The notes under the pieces: generated by a model
Databases searched by the model: none
What the model was told of the DNA's origin: nothing
Seen by the model: the letters and a program-made list of their open reading frames with translations, nothing else
Position numbers and translations under genes: made by a program
Part shown: positions 18,793-28,498 of the stretch, piece after piece
Numbering within the stretch: the stretch's first letter is position 1
How the letters are laid out: the number at the start of each line of letters is the position of its first letter
NCBI GenBank assembly: GCA_964609965.1
Contig: CAZSTS010000001.1
Coordinates: 265,318-329,317 of the forward strand
Source: an uncultured Nitrospirales bacterium
GTDB lineage: Bacteria > UBA10199 > JADGCS01
DNA length: 64,000 bases
Direction of reading: 5' to 3'

Positions 18793-18865
18793 GCGTCTAG
18801 CGTCTAGAGTCTCGCGTCTAGCGAGACGCCCTATCGCCTATCGATTATCGTCTATCGTATTCCCT
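18793..18865. repeat. Heptad-phased repeats (GCGTCTA-type x5, then CTATCGN-type x5)
   Basis: Read directly. It fills the scpA-trpS junction up to the trpS stop, and contains the inverted repeat GTCTCGC..GCGAGAC and TAG every 7 nt. Confidence 0.85.
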
Positions 18866-19856
18866 AAATTTTAACAGCCGCCTTTATCCTCATCATATTC
18901 TCTATTGCCACTTTTTTGGCTTTTTTGTCACCGTCATTAATGACGTCTTGAATATAATCAGGTTTTGTAGCTAATTTTAATCTCTCTTCGCGATAAGGCG
19001 CTAACTTTTCATCCATAAACTTTAAAAGCTTTTTCTTGCAATCAACACAACCAATGCCCGCCTCTGTACAACCTTTTGTTACTTCGTCTTGAGTAAGATT
19101 GTCTGAATAAATTTTATGATAAGCAAACACGGGACATTTTTTAGGATCGCCTGGATCTGTGCGACGTTGTCTTGCAGGATCTGTCATCATAGGCATGACT
19201 TTTTTATGCATTTCTTCTGATGTATCTCGTAAGAAAATACTATTGTTATAACTCTTTGACATTTTGCGACCATCTGTTCCTGGCAATACAGGAACTTGGG
19301 TCAACAATGATTGGGGCTCAACAAGAACATCTGATTTAAAAATAAAATTAAATCGGCGCACGATTTCTCTGGATAGTTCAATGTGTGGAACTTGATCTTG
19401 TCCTACAGGGACATGAGTAGCGTTGTACAAAGCTACATCAGCTGTTTGTAATACAGGGTACCCCAAGAAACCCAGAGTTGATAAATCTTTGTCTGATAAT
19501 TCTTTTTGCTGATCTTTATATGTTGGCACTCTTTCTAACCATCCAAGTGGAGCAATCATCGAAAGCAAAACATGGAGTTCTGCATGCTCAGGAACATGTG
19601 ATTGCACAAAAATAACAGATTGTTTTGGGTCTAGTCCGTAGGCTAACCAATCAATAATCATTTCTTTTGAAAATAATTGAAGCTCTTCAGTATTATCATA
19701 GCCAGTAGTCAAAGCATGCCAATCAGCCACAAAAAAATACTTAGCTTGAAAGCTCTTATCTGCTTGTAATTTCACCCAATTTTCTAGAGCTCCATGATAA
19801 TTACCCAAATGGAGAAAATTCGTAGGACGAGTTCCAGAAACAATAATCTTTTTCAT
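18864..19856 (-). CDS. trpS: Tryptophan--tRNA ligase
   Basis: Class I motifs (GTRPTNFLHLGNYHGAL; KMSKS) and TrpS-like length (330 aa). Confidence 0.95.
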   Translation of the reverse strand: MKKIIVSGTRPTNFLHLGNYHGALENWVKLQADKSFQAKYFFVADWHALTTGYDNTEELQLFSKEMIIDWLAYGLDPKQSVIFVQSHVPEHAELHVLLSMIAPLGWLERVPTYKDQQKELSDKDLSTLGFLGYPVLQTADVALYNATHVPVGQDQVPHIELSREIVRRFNFIFKSDVLVEPQSLLTQVPVLPGTDGRKMSKSYNNSIFLRDTSEEMHKKVMPMMTDPARQRRTDPGDPKKCPVFAYHKIYSDNLTQDEVTKGCTEAGIGCVDCKKKLLKFMDEKLAPYREERLKLATKPDYIQDVINDGDKKAKKVAIENMMRIKAAVKI

Positions 19857-20069
19857 AATTACCTCGGTATCACTCTCACTTGTGTTGAGTGAATCCGCCT
19901 TTGGCAGATGAATCGAAGTACTAGATGATCTCGTTAATCAAAACAAGAGTATATTGTTATTTTTAGCTTATTATATTTTAGTTGACACATGAATGTAGGC
20001 ACTTGAGAACTTTAGTTTTTTTCGAAAAATGCCTTGCCGTCTTTTCAGCAAAGGAGCATAATATTACGT

Positions 20070-20258
20070 ACAAAAGCCCTGCATTGTGCGAGGTAACATA
20101 AGATAAAATGGACCAAATATTTTATCGGGAACTGTCACTGATCTTGGTGTGCCTATCGGCGTTTTGTCCGGGAGCCTAAAGAGATTATATGGTGCCCACC
20201 TGCTTAGCAGGTTCCAATTTTAACATGTTACAAAACGGCAAAAGCGGGGTTTTTTTTT
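20070..20258 (+). ncRNA. ssrS: Candidate 6S RNA
   Basis: Sigma70-like promoter TTGCCG-17nt-CATAAT (20034-20062). Co-linear 5'/3' pairing: 20073-82 with 20244-53, 20093-99 with 20225-31, and 20104-12 with 20213-22. T9 run at the 3' end. Lies immediately upstream of 5-formyl-THF cyclo-ligase, as ssrS-ygfA does in E. coli. Confidence 0.5.
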
Positions 20259-20345
20259 ATCCTGCACTCCAGTGCTGGATAACCACGGCGTAGTCCTGAG
20301 CCTGTCGAAGGACGAAGACGGGTCTTCTCTTGCAAGCCCCACATT
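20259..20345. repeat. GC-rich REP-like insert
   Basis: A block with locally much higher GC than its flanks. It contains CCTGAGCCTGTCGAAGG (20295-20311), which recurs exactly at 54837-54853. Confidence 0.6.
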
Positions 20346-20348
20346 TCC

Positions 20349-20954
20349 TTGACCACTTCCACTTTCGCAGCTTATAAGCCGCTCGTGCTTAAGAAAGATA
20401 TTCGCCATAAATACTTAGCAAAGAGAATCAAAATGCCTCGAGAAAAGGCCGAGGAATATTCCACTTTCATCCAAGACAAAATCACAAAAGCAGCTTTTTG
20501 GCCAAAAAGTGGCCGGATTGGTCTCTATTACCCCATCAAGAATGAAGTCATGACTCAAACCATCTTCCAACGCGCTATTGAAGGAGGCCTTAAGGTTTAT
20601 TTTCCAAGGGTAGAAAAGGGAATAAATCTATACGAAGTCAATGGACCCGAGGACCTTCAAAAAGGATCCTGGGGAATATCCGAACCGAGTCGACACTGTC
20701 CAGAGCTCGCCGAAGACTCTTCACTTGATCTCCTTATTGTTCCTGGAATTGCTTTTACAGAAGATTGTTACCGTATTGGTTATGGTAAAAAGTTTTATGA
20801 CCAATTCATCCGCGACAGACTCCCCAATACACCCACAGTAGGCCTGGCCTATGAGTATCAAATGATCGATTCTTTTCTTGTTGAAGAATGGGATCAGCGC
20901 CTACAGGGCGTGATGACAGAAAACAATTTTTATTCAACTGATATTAAGATTTAA
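20349..20954 (+). CDS. 5-formyltetrahydrofolate cyclo-ligase
   Basis: LKKDIRHKYLAKR..., LLIVPGIAFTEDCYRIGYGKKFYDQF fits the MTHFS family. Exact start uncertain. Confidence 0.85.
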   Translation: MTTSTFAAYKPLVLKKDIRHKYLAKRIKMPREKAEEYSTFIQDKITKAAFWPKSGRIGLYYPIKNEVMTQTIFQRAIEGGLKVYFPRVEKGINLYEVNGPEDLQKGSWGISEPSRHCPELAEDSSLDLLIVPGIAFTEDCYRIGYGKKFYDQFIRDRLPNTPTVGLAYEYQMIDSFLVEEWDQRLQGVMTENNFYSTDIKI

Positions 20955-20965
20955 TAAACATAACT

Positions 20966-21763
20966 ATGGCATCTCATATTAAAATACTATTTCTTGGCGA
21001 TATTTTTGGAGAACCAGGCAGACGTGCCCTTTCTGAAATACTTCCTCAACTGAAAAAGGATCATAACCCTGATCTCATTTTTGCAAATTGCGAAAATGCC
21101 GCCAATGGGAGAGGGATTTCTAATCGATTGGTCTCTGAACTTCTTGCCCTCGATATCGACTTCTTTACCAGTGGCAATCACATCTTTCAGGTAAAAGATA
21201 TTTATTCCTATTTAAGCAAACAAGATGCCAAAATAATTAGGCCCTATAATTTTCCTAAAGGTTCCCCCGGACGAGGCATTGGAATCGTTGAATCAAAAAA
21301 TGGCGTTCGCGTGGGTGTGATCAATCTCATGGGAAATCTCTTTATCCAGCCTCCTGCTAATATCCCATTTGAATCAGTTAATGAAGCCCTTGCTGATCTT
21401 GAGAATTCTACGGATATCACCGTTGTTGATTTTCATGCAGAAGCCACATCAGAAAAACGTGCCATGGGTTGGCATTTGGATGGTCGAGCTCAACTGCTTG
21501 TGGGCACACACACCCATGTTCTTACTGCAGACGAAGAAATCCTCCCTGGCGGAACAGCTTTTATTACCGACATTGGCATGTGCGGACCTTACGACTCTGT
21601 TATAGGCATGGACAAAGACATTGTGCTTCATAAATTTAGGTATAATATTCCACAGCGTTTCGAAGTGGCAAAAAATGATGTTCGCATTACTGGCGTTATC
21701 TGCGAAATCGATGTAGATCAGAGAAAGGCTACTAAAATAACCCGTATTGATGAAAGACTATGA
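20966..21763 (+). CDS. YmdB-like metallophosphoesterase (TIGR00282 family)
   Basis: [13 protein letters not shown]...[13 protein letters not shown]...TSGNH...[11 protein letters not shown]...GTHTHV signature. Confidence 0.85.
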   Translation: MASHIKILFLGDIFGEPGRRALSEILPQLKKDHNPDLIFANCENAANGRGISNRLVSELLALDIDFFTSGNHIFQVKDIYSYLSKQDAKIIRPYNFPKGSPGRGIGIVESKNGVRVGVINLMGNLFIQPPANIPFESVNEALADLENSTDITVVDFHAEATSEKRAMGWHLDGRAQLLVGTHTHVLTADEEILPGGTAFITDIGMCGPYDSVIGMDKDIVLHKFRYNIPQRFEVAKNDVRITGVICEIDVDQRKATKITRIDERL

Positions 21764-22965
21764 AAACACCCATAAACGAACAATTAGATGTCATTAAAAG
21801 AGGCATGAGCGAGCTTATTGATGAAAAAGAACTCATCAAGAAATTAGAAAAAGGAAAACCTCTTATTATTAAAGCAGGCTTTGATCCTACTGCACCGGAC
21901 TTGCACTTAGGGCATACGGTTCTTATCAACAAACTCAAACAATTCCAGGACCTGGGACACGAAGTTCACTTTATCATCGGAGATTTTACTGGCATGATAG
22001 GTGATCCTACAGGCGTTTCTGAAACACGAAAACCACTCACTCCGGAGGAAGTGAAAAAGAATGCTAAAACCTATACTGACCAAGTTTTTAAAATTCTTGA
22101 TCGTAAAAAAACCAAAGTACGGTTCAATAGCGAATGGTTAGGAAAGATGAGTATAATGGATTTTACGGAATTAGGTTCTAAACTTACTGTAGCGAGAATG
22201 CTAGAACGAAGTGACTTTAAAAAACGCTTCACAGAAAACCAAGATATCAGCATTCTTGAATTTTATTACCCTCTCATGCAAGGGTATGATTCCGTTGCCA
22301 TAAAAGCCGATGTTGAACTGGGAGGAACAGATCAAAAGTTCAACCTCCTCATGGGAAGAACAATTCAAAAGCGTTACAACATTGAATCTCAAATCGTTAT
22401 AACAATGCCTCTGCTTGAAGGAACTGACGGTATAAAGAAAATGAGTAAATCCTTAGGAAATTATATTGGTATAAAAGATGCTCCTCTGGATATGTTTGGA
22501 AAAATCTTGTCGATTTCGGACGAACTCATGTGGCGTTATTATGAGCTCTTAAGCTTCAAGTCTAATGATGACATTGCTAAACTCAAATCAGATGTTGCTG
22601 AAGGAAAGACTAATCCAAAAGAAGCTAAGGTCTTATTAGCCAAAGAGATCATTGCAAGATTCTATAATGATAAAGAGGCAGAGAAGGCTGAAGAAGATTT
22701 TAATCAGATTTTTTCCAAAAAAGAAATTCCAGATGAGATTGAAGAATTCAAAGTCTCTCTTTCAGGCGGCAAGACCGCCCTTCTCGACATCATCACCGAC
22801 TCTGGCATGACAGCCAGCAAAGGTGAAGCCCGTCGCCTCATCGCGCAAGGTGGTGTGAAGATCGATCAAGAAAAAATCACAGACGCCGCCATTTCGTTCG
22901 ACAAACCATGTGAAATGGTTATTCAAGTTGGAAAAAGAAAGTTTAGGAAAGTTGTGGTGGGTTAA
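21760..22965 (+). CDS. tyrS: Tyrosine--tRNA ligase
   Basis: HLGH and KMSKS motifs, C-terminal S4-like domain ([18 protein letters not shown]). ATGA overlap with the upstream gene. Confidence 0.95.
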   Translation: MKTPINEQLDVIKRGMSELIDEKELIKKLEKGKPLIIKAGFDPTAPDLHLGHTVLINKLKQFQDLGHEVHFIIGDFTGMIGDPTGVSETRKPLTPEEVKKNAKTYTDQVFKILDRKKTKVRFNSEWLGKMSIMDFTELGSKLTVARMLERSDFKKRFTENQDISILEFYYPLMQGYDSVAIKADVELGGTDQKFNLLMGRTIQKRYNIESQIVITMPLLEGTDGIKKMSKSLGNYIGIKDAPLDMFGKILSISDELMWRYYELLSFKSNDDIAKLKSDVAEGKTNPKEAKVLLAKEIIARFYNDKEAEKAEEDFNQIFSKKEIPDEIEEFKVSLSGGKTALLDIITDSGMTASKGEARRLIAQGGVKIDQEKITDAAISFDKPCEMVIQVGKRKFRKVVVG

Positions 22966-22983
22966 TCTGAAAACTTGATCACA

Positions 22984-23799
22984 TCACTTTGTCACTGGAA
23001 AGAATTGAATATTAAGTTGAGCCACAAGCGTATGTTCATCTTGTGTACCTTGCAATTCCTGCTGAATCTCATCCCTGAAATCAATCACACGTTGTTTAAG
23101 CCGCTCAAACTGAGCTGTTGATAAGCTCATCGTCATGGCAGAAATATCCCTGGTCTCAGGTTTCAGCTCCAAAGCATTCACTGAAAGCCCCAACATTTCT
23201 TTATGATAATTGTGAGCCATGGAAGAGTTTATTTGAATCGGAGTTGTCAAATGTTCTTCTGACTGCTTCCATTTACTCTTCTCCCGATTAATCATTTTTA
23301 ATCTTTCTAGAGTTGCCAAGCCTTCTTTAATCAACTTTTCTTCAACACGAGGACTAATTTTTTTTGAAATCCAATTTAAATGAGGTATAAAATTCTTTAA
23401 ACTAACCATTTCTCTGAGTATGGGAAGATACCACTTGCTAAAATAAGCAAACTGATCAGAGCCAATCAAAACTCTTTTTTTTCCTAATATTTTTTCCAAA
23501 ATGAGCCTGTATGATTTTTTATCTTCCGCAGAAGAAGCCTGATTATATAATACGAGATTCTTAAAAAACTTTTTTTGATGGGCCTTCCATTTGAATCGAG
23601 ATACTATTTTGGCAACAGCATCCTGAGAAAGATTTCTTTGACCAGACACTACAAGATGCAAGTAATTTGAAGCAGCAAAACCCATTTCATCCGAAAACTG
23701 CCTGTAGGAATATTTTCCTAGAGTCAATTTACGTTGTTCGTAACAATCTTTAAGAAAAATCCTGTAATCATTGTAATCCAATATTTGTGGTTCTCTCAT
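22984..23799 (-). CDS. TIGR02147-like family protein (DUF4423-type)
   Basis: ILDYNDYRIFLKDCYEQRK......SYRQFSDEMGFAASNYLHLVVSGQRNLS matches my memory of the TIGR02147 N-terminus. Start set at MREPQ; the track ORF extends to 23841. Confidence 0.6.
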   Translation of the reverse strand: MREPQILDYNDYRIFLKDCYEQRKLTLGKYSYRQFSDEMGFAASNYLHLVVSGQRNLSQDAVAKIVSRFKWKAHQKKFFKNLVLYNQASSAEDKKSYRLILEKILGKKRVLIGSDQFAYFSKWYLPILREMVSLKNFIPHLNWISKKISPRVEEKLIKEGLATLERLKMINREKSKWKQSEEHLTTPIQINSSMAHNYHKEMLGLSVNALELKPETRDISAMTMSLSTAQFERLKQRVIDFRDEIQQELQGTQDEHTLVAQLNIQFFPVTK

Positions 23800-23922
23800 A
23801 TATACCTCATCTCTCACTAAATACGAAAAATATAACCTCATTTTAGAGCATTATGTATACATTGTATACATAAATATCAATTTGGAGTATTTTTGTTCTG
23901 TTGTTTTTCTTTTATCGCTGTT

Positions 23923-24771
23923 ATGATTTTCGTGATGACCATTCTTAGACATAAAGGCATATTCCTTCTTTTAATCTGTTGCCTCTTACTCAGTTTAAAC
24001 CGTTGTGACTGTGGTGGCGGCGGAACAACACAGGTTGGCAACCCCTCTCCTGACCCTACGCCAACAGTCACTGCTACCAAAATATCTGAGGATGATACGA
24101 CAATACTCTATATTTCTCTGGGAATCATCGGTGATGATGAAAATGACCTTCCAGAAACAACGATCGATACTTTTGTTAATGGGGACCCCTACAGCAGCGA
24201 TCTTAATGCCCTTGAAAACTATGATGCCGAAAACGAAAGGGTCGTTTTAGAAGTTAATAACGTGAACGAGGGCGATGTTATCAAGGTTATTATTCATAAA
24301 TCAGATGATACCTTTGAGACTTATATAGCTACAGCCTCTTCTACAACTGAAGCAACTGCTATTTTACGTGATTCAGGCACTGATGATGAGGCCACAGAAC
24401 CAGAACCAGAAATTGACCCAAATAACGCCGTAACCCAAATCACTGATGCTATGTGCGCAGAGATCACTGCTTGTATATCTTATATTACAGATTCATTATG
24501 TCAGTATGGATTTCTTCTTATAGATAATCTCACCGATAATTTTGGTGTTTCAGGTACTAGCTCTGATATGACACTTGGCGAACTTCAAACAGCTGTCGAA
24601 GCAGGCACATACACAGCTAATGAAGCTGCTTTAGATCAATGTATATCAGATATCGGAGACATTACCTGTACAGAAATTTCTGCACAATATTCTTACCTCG
24701 ATCCGACCAATTTTGATAATCTTCAAAATCTCATACCCAACGAAGCAACGAGCTGTCCTGGTGTTTTCTAG
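23923..24771 (+). CDS. Secreted acidic Cys-containing protein (possible lipoprotein)
   Basis: Hydrophobic N-terminus followed by CDCGGGG. Acidic, with several Cys pairs in the C-terminal half. No family recognised. Confidence 0.5.
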   Translation: MIFVMTILRHKGIFLLLICCLLLSLNRCDCGGGGTTQVGNPSPDPTPTVTATKISEDDTTILYISLGIIGDDENDLPETTIDTFVNGDPYSSDLNALENYDAENERVVLEVNNVNEGDVIKVIIHKSDDTFETYIATASSTTEATAILRDSGTDDEATEPEPEIDPNNAVTQITDAMCAEITACISYITDSLCQYGFLLIDNLTDNFGVSGTSSDMTLGELQTAVEAGTYTANEAALDQCISDIGDITCTEISAQYSYLDPTNFDNLQNLIPNEATSCPGVF

Positions 24772-24954
24772 TCTTTTTCTTAATAATAATATCAAACAAT
24801 ATTAATCTCTTACATGCTATTTTACATGGCCTGGCAAGTATACAATGTATACATGATTTCGTGAAAAAGCCCATTTAGGGGGCAGCTTTTATCAGTCAGA
24901 TTACGATAATAAGGATGTAGGTTATGATTGAAATAATATTTAATTGGAGGTTTT

Positions 24955-25818
24955 ATGAAACACTTAAAAGCAATAACAATACTTTCACTCGTCATTCTCT
25001 TTAGCAGCACTTTATTTGGTTGTGCAGCAATTCATAGCGATGAATTAGCGTCAACTCTTGCTGAGGATTTGGAAATCGAAGCAACTATCTATGAATTTTC
25101 AGATGATGATGACGCTGAGGTCAGTGCGCAAATGCAAACAGAAGCAAGTGGTGTGGGGATTGAATTCACGCAGGGAGAGACCTTGACAGTTAATTCAGAT
25201 GCAGAAGATGGACTATCACCTACTGTCTATTTATCAAATATCGAACTATTCAATCTGAATCAAGATTATGAAGGCTCAGCAACAAAGACTATTGAGGATG
25301 GTAATTACTATATTACCTACACAGACGATGTTGGCAATGAGACAACTGCCACTATACCAACTTTCATGGTGCCAGAAATCAATAACATTGAAAATGGTGA
25401 CATCGTATCAGGCACTGAAGTGACAGTAGAATGGGGTGTTGAAGAGCTTTCAGGACAGCTTGCTATTGCCATGAATTATTCTGGAAGTGGCTACTATGGT
25501 TACAGAAGACGTAATGTAAGCAATACAGGTTCTTATGATTACGACATCAGTAATTGTGTTGGTTCCGGTTCAATTAGTCTTATACACACCATGAGTTTTA
25601 GTTACATGGAAGGTTTTGGAAGTGCTAATATCACTATGAATAATGCTTCTAGACGTTATGTATCTTTTAGTAACACGCAAAGTTCTTTAGTAAAAGCGCT
25701 TACTACAGAAGTACCTCTTTCAACTGATGAACTGGTTCTGCAGTGTCAGACAGTTTGTGAAGAAGGTGAAGAGGATTACATTGTGGTTGATGATGTAACC
25801 TACGATTGCTGTATGTAA
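24955..25818 (+). CDS. Lipoprotein, unknown function
   Basis: Signal peptide with lipobox (LFSSTLFGCAA), RBS GGAGG upstream, terminator downstream. Confidence 0.6.
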   Translation: MKHLKAITILSLVILFSSTLFGCAAIHSDELASTLAEDLEIEATIYEFSDDDDAEVSAQMQTEASGVGIEFTQGETLTVNSDAEDGLSPTVYLSNIELFNLNQDYEGSATKTIEDGNYYITYTDDVGNETTATIPTFMVPEINNIENGDIVSGTEVTVEWGVEELSGQLAIAMNYSGSGYYGYRRRNVSNTGSYDYDISNCVGSGSISLIHTMSFSYMEGFGSANITMNNASRRYVSFSNTQSSLVKALTTEVPLSTDELVLQCQTVCEEGEEDYIVVDDVTYDCCM

Positions 25819-25845
25819 TAAGCATACTCAATTACAGCAACGAAA

Positions 25846-25877
25846 AGAGCCTGCTAAAAACAGGCTCTTTTTTTTTG
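25846..25877 (+). terminator. Rho-independent terminator
   Basis: AGAGCCTG-CTAAAAA-CAGGCTCT hairpin followed by a T9 run. Sits between convergent genes. Confidence 0.8.
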
Positions 25878-25881
25878 GATT

Positions 25882-27534
25882 CTAACAAATTCCTCTCAAA
25901 GGCATGAGTTGTGGACCGAGCATGGTGTTCATTCTGAGTGGATTACGTACTCCAGAGGTGAGTGAGAGCAGACCAGCTTCAGTGGCACCTGCTTGTATGG
26001 CCAATTCACGCGAACGCATCCACGTAGAACCATCCATAACACAATCATCTACAAATAATGCCCTTCGACCGTTAAGTGTTACCCCCTGGCCTTTTTCGAA
26101 TCTTAAAACATGATTCACAATCTGTAATTTGTTGTGCAAAATATGACCATCTACTCCGCGAACGCGTGGATCTCTTTCTTGCCAAGGATTCACAGTTTGC
26201 CAACCACCTCGCTCAGCGAGATTTTGTGCTAGCTGTAGGTTTGGATTTCCTGCATTCTCACAACCTGGAATCGGAACTATCACACCACCTTTTTCTCCCA
26301 TCCAATGCCTGGCTCCGGGTACAAGTAACTCAGTTACTCTCTCCATAGCTATTGCATCACCATCGCGATAAGCGTGATAGAGATCTGTAAGATCATGTGG
26401 TCTTGGCGCTCCTTCAGGGTAATAGGTAGTATGCAAATTGCCAGCTACCAAAACATTTGGCCTTTGGGGTAATTCCACCCCCTGCTCTTGCCACCTCTTT
26501 TCCCACGGTCTTGCTAATAATAGCGCATAAAGAAAAGATGGAGTTACAATTCTATCATACTTTGACTTTATCCCTTTTGGATGAGGTTCACCAAAAATGG
26601 CATGCTTAACACTCAGACCATTACAGGCATGGATAGCAAAAACGAAGGGATCAATACCTAATTCTCTAGCTAACTTTTTGAGAAGCTCGTCAGCACTTAA
26701 AAGATTATGTAATGGTTGCCCTCTAGTTACACGATCTTGTGGTTCTCCATTCCATACTTCCCATCCCTTAACAACTCGACGCCAAGTTTGCTTATACCCA
26801 CCAATCCTTTTCCCATAATCGTCTGATCTTTCGGGATCTAATATCTTTCTCACTGTCTCTGGAAAAAGTTGATTCCAAACACTTGCGGCTAGGCTCAGTG
26901 CGATCTGATAACGAACATCTGTTATCATAGAAGCCAGGACATCATAGGCCTCTGGAGCTTGCGTGCTCGTTAAACTTGATTCAGGAACATAAGCTGCTCC
27001 GCTATGAAACTGTACGTTTACAAAATCCTGACCATCCATTTCCATTCTGCCTAGCAACAACTTTCCAACACCAAATTTAGGACTAACATAGTAATCAGCA
27101 CCTAATCGTTCCAAATTCCATGAAATCTCATGATGTTTTCGCGGAACAACTAAAATATCCTGTAATTGAGTAGGAACTTCGGCAAATAATGCCTGAGCCC
27201 CTTTAAGAAACGCATTTGTTGCAACCTCTTCTGGAACATCCTGAAGATCTGTTACTAAACCTTTAATAATAGTATCAAACGAGTCTGCGCCTAATCGTCC
27301 TGCCCTAGGAATCCTTCTTTGTAAAAGTGAATAACTACTCCTTAATCGCCTGGTACTGCTATAACCCTGGCTTTCCAAATGCTGGAGAAAGGTTCTCGAT
27401 TGCCCCTGTATTGCCTCTGCAGCTGCACTCAATTCTTGTTCTGGCAAAACACTTAGAGCCTGTACAGCAGCTTGCATGTCTTCAACCGAAGCAGTGGGAT
27501 CAAAAAAGACGAATGTGTTTAGTTCTGTTGCCAT
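25882..27534 (-). CDS. 550-aa protein: unknown ~400-aa N-terminal region fused to a ComF-like phosphoribosyltransferase domain
   Basis: C-terminus has a PRPP-binding-like motif (RRALFVDDCVMDGSTW), preceded by VIVPIPG...NPNLQLAQNLAE as in ComF-type PRTases. GC is visibly higher than the neighbours. Confidence 0.6.
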   Translation of the reverse strand: MATELNTFVFFDPTASVEDMQAAVQALSVLPEQELSAAAEAIQGQSRTFLQHLESQGYSSTRRLRSSYSLLQRRIPRAGRLGADSFDTIIKGLVTDLQDVPEEVATNAFLKGAQALFAEVPTQLQDILVVPRKHHEISWNLERLGADYYVSPKFGVGKLLLGRMEMDGQDFVNVQFHSGAAYVPESSLTSTQAPEAYDVLASMITDVRYQIALSLAASVWNQLFPETVRKILDPERSDDYGKRIGGYKQTWRRVVKGWEVWNGEPQDRVTRGQPLHNLLSADELLKKLARELGIDPFVFAIHACNGLSVKHAIFGEPHPKGIKSKYDRIVTPSFLYALLLARPWEKRWQEQGVELPQRPNVLVAGNLHTTYYPEGAPRPHDLTDLYHAYRDGDAIAMERVTELLVPGARHWMGEKGGVIVPIPGCENAGNPNLQLAQNLAERGGWQTVNPWQERDPRVRGVDGHILHNKLQIVNHVLRFEKGQGVTLNGRRALFVDDCVMDGSTWMRSRELAIQAGATEAGLLSLTSGVRNPLRMNTMLGPQLMPLRGIC

Positions 27535-27600
27535 AATAATGAGTATGTAACTAAATTTATCTACGAGTTTCTAGATTTGTTTCTTATTTAGAAAAAAAAT

Positions 27601-27616
27601 GGACACAAATGTGTCC
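27601..27616. promoter_or_regulatory. 16-bp palindrome GGACAC-AAAT-GTGTCC in a divergent intergenic region
   Basis: Perfect 6+4+6 inverted repeat. Related copies at 40343-40358 and 49912-49927. Confidence 0.6.
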
Positions 27617-27777
27617 AATCAAAATCAAGTTCTAAAGTGAAAGTTTTGAAGATGGTGATAAGCGTCCTGTATCCCTCTGGATACAGCTTTGCCTCTTTTT
27701 AGCAGCCCCTCCTTCTCTTTTATTGTAAGAAAATAATTAGGGTGTACAAATAATATAATCAAAAAATGGAGGATCCT

Positions 27778-28230
27778 ATGTGTGCAGATATCATTACAGG
27801 GAATGAAGTCCAAGCAGATCCATCAAGAAATTCAGCAGCAGATGCTGTTAATCCCACGCCAACAAAGGCTGAATTGGTTCTGAGATTAGTTGAGCAAGAC
27901 TGGTTTATGTCACAGGATAACGTTACGCAAGAAACGTTGATCAGGGCCATTGTTAATGGTGAAAGAACCGATCTTGAGAGCATGCGTACTGAGATTGTTA
28001 GGGATGAAATCAGGATGGCGGCTTCTCGATATGAAGAATGTGTGTTAGACAAATTGCTTCCAAAGTTCACGACAGAAACTTTACCGACATTACAAAGTCA
28101 CATTCTCACACACGATCGGGTTCGCGTAGGCCTGGAAGAGTGTTTTCAAGAATCAATGACCCCTTTTTCACATCCACCAATTGCAGATGAGAAAATTGAA
28201 TACTCAGATCCTTTGACAGATGCGGGGTAA
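27778..28230 (+). CDS. Hypothetical protein (150 aa)
   Basis: ORF with GGAGG 5 nt before the ATG at 27778. Divergent from the PRTase-fusion gene. No family recognised. Confidence 0.5.
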   Translation: MCADIITGNEVQADPSRNSAADAVNPTPTKAELVLRLVEQDWFMSQDNVTQETLIRAIVNGERTDLESMRTEIVRDEIRMAASRYEECVLDKLLPKFTTETLPTLQSHILTHDRVRVGLEECFQESMTPFSHPPIADEKIEYSDPLTDAG

Positions 28231-28498
28231 CATCAAACACTTTCGCCATAAAACCCTATTACATCCCCTAGCATTTGTGTACACCTCCTCCTATATAAAT
28301 ACTTGTTTTGTCATCTATTTTACATGCTTATGTTTTGTCTCCCCAGTTATTTAGTGTCCATGTAGCGCCTGCACCCCTATTGATTTCTTATTATAATATC
28401 ACTCACAATATCCCCTTGTTTTTGTTGTGATTATTAAACCCCATTTTTGGCACCGCCTTTGCATTAGATAAAGCTAAACGAACTTAAAGGAGCATGTT

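Noticed and set aside
18793-18865. Heptad repeat runs as CRISPR arrays
   Set aside because: The units are 7-8 nt, contiguous and without spacers, and no cas genes are present in the window.
19875-19922. 14-mer GAATCGAAGTACTA shared between 19909-19922 and 62423-62436
   Set aside because: The repeat is real, but it is short and sits in otherwise dissimilar spacers. It probably belongs to the same miniature-repeat background, and I could assign no function.
25882-27534. PRTase-domain protein as part of a retron or other known defence system
   Set aside because: No reverse transcriptase, msr/msd-like structured repeats, nuclease or ATPase partner is visible nearby. Only the PRTase-like motif is supported.
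28231-28498. C-rich 268-bp spacer as a possible small RNA
   Set aside because: I found no convincing promoter/terminator pair or conserved structure. Only the GTGTACAC 8-mer stands out, and it is noted under the palindrome finding.
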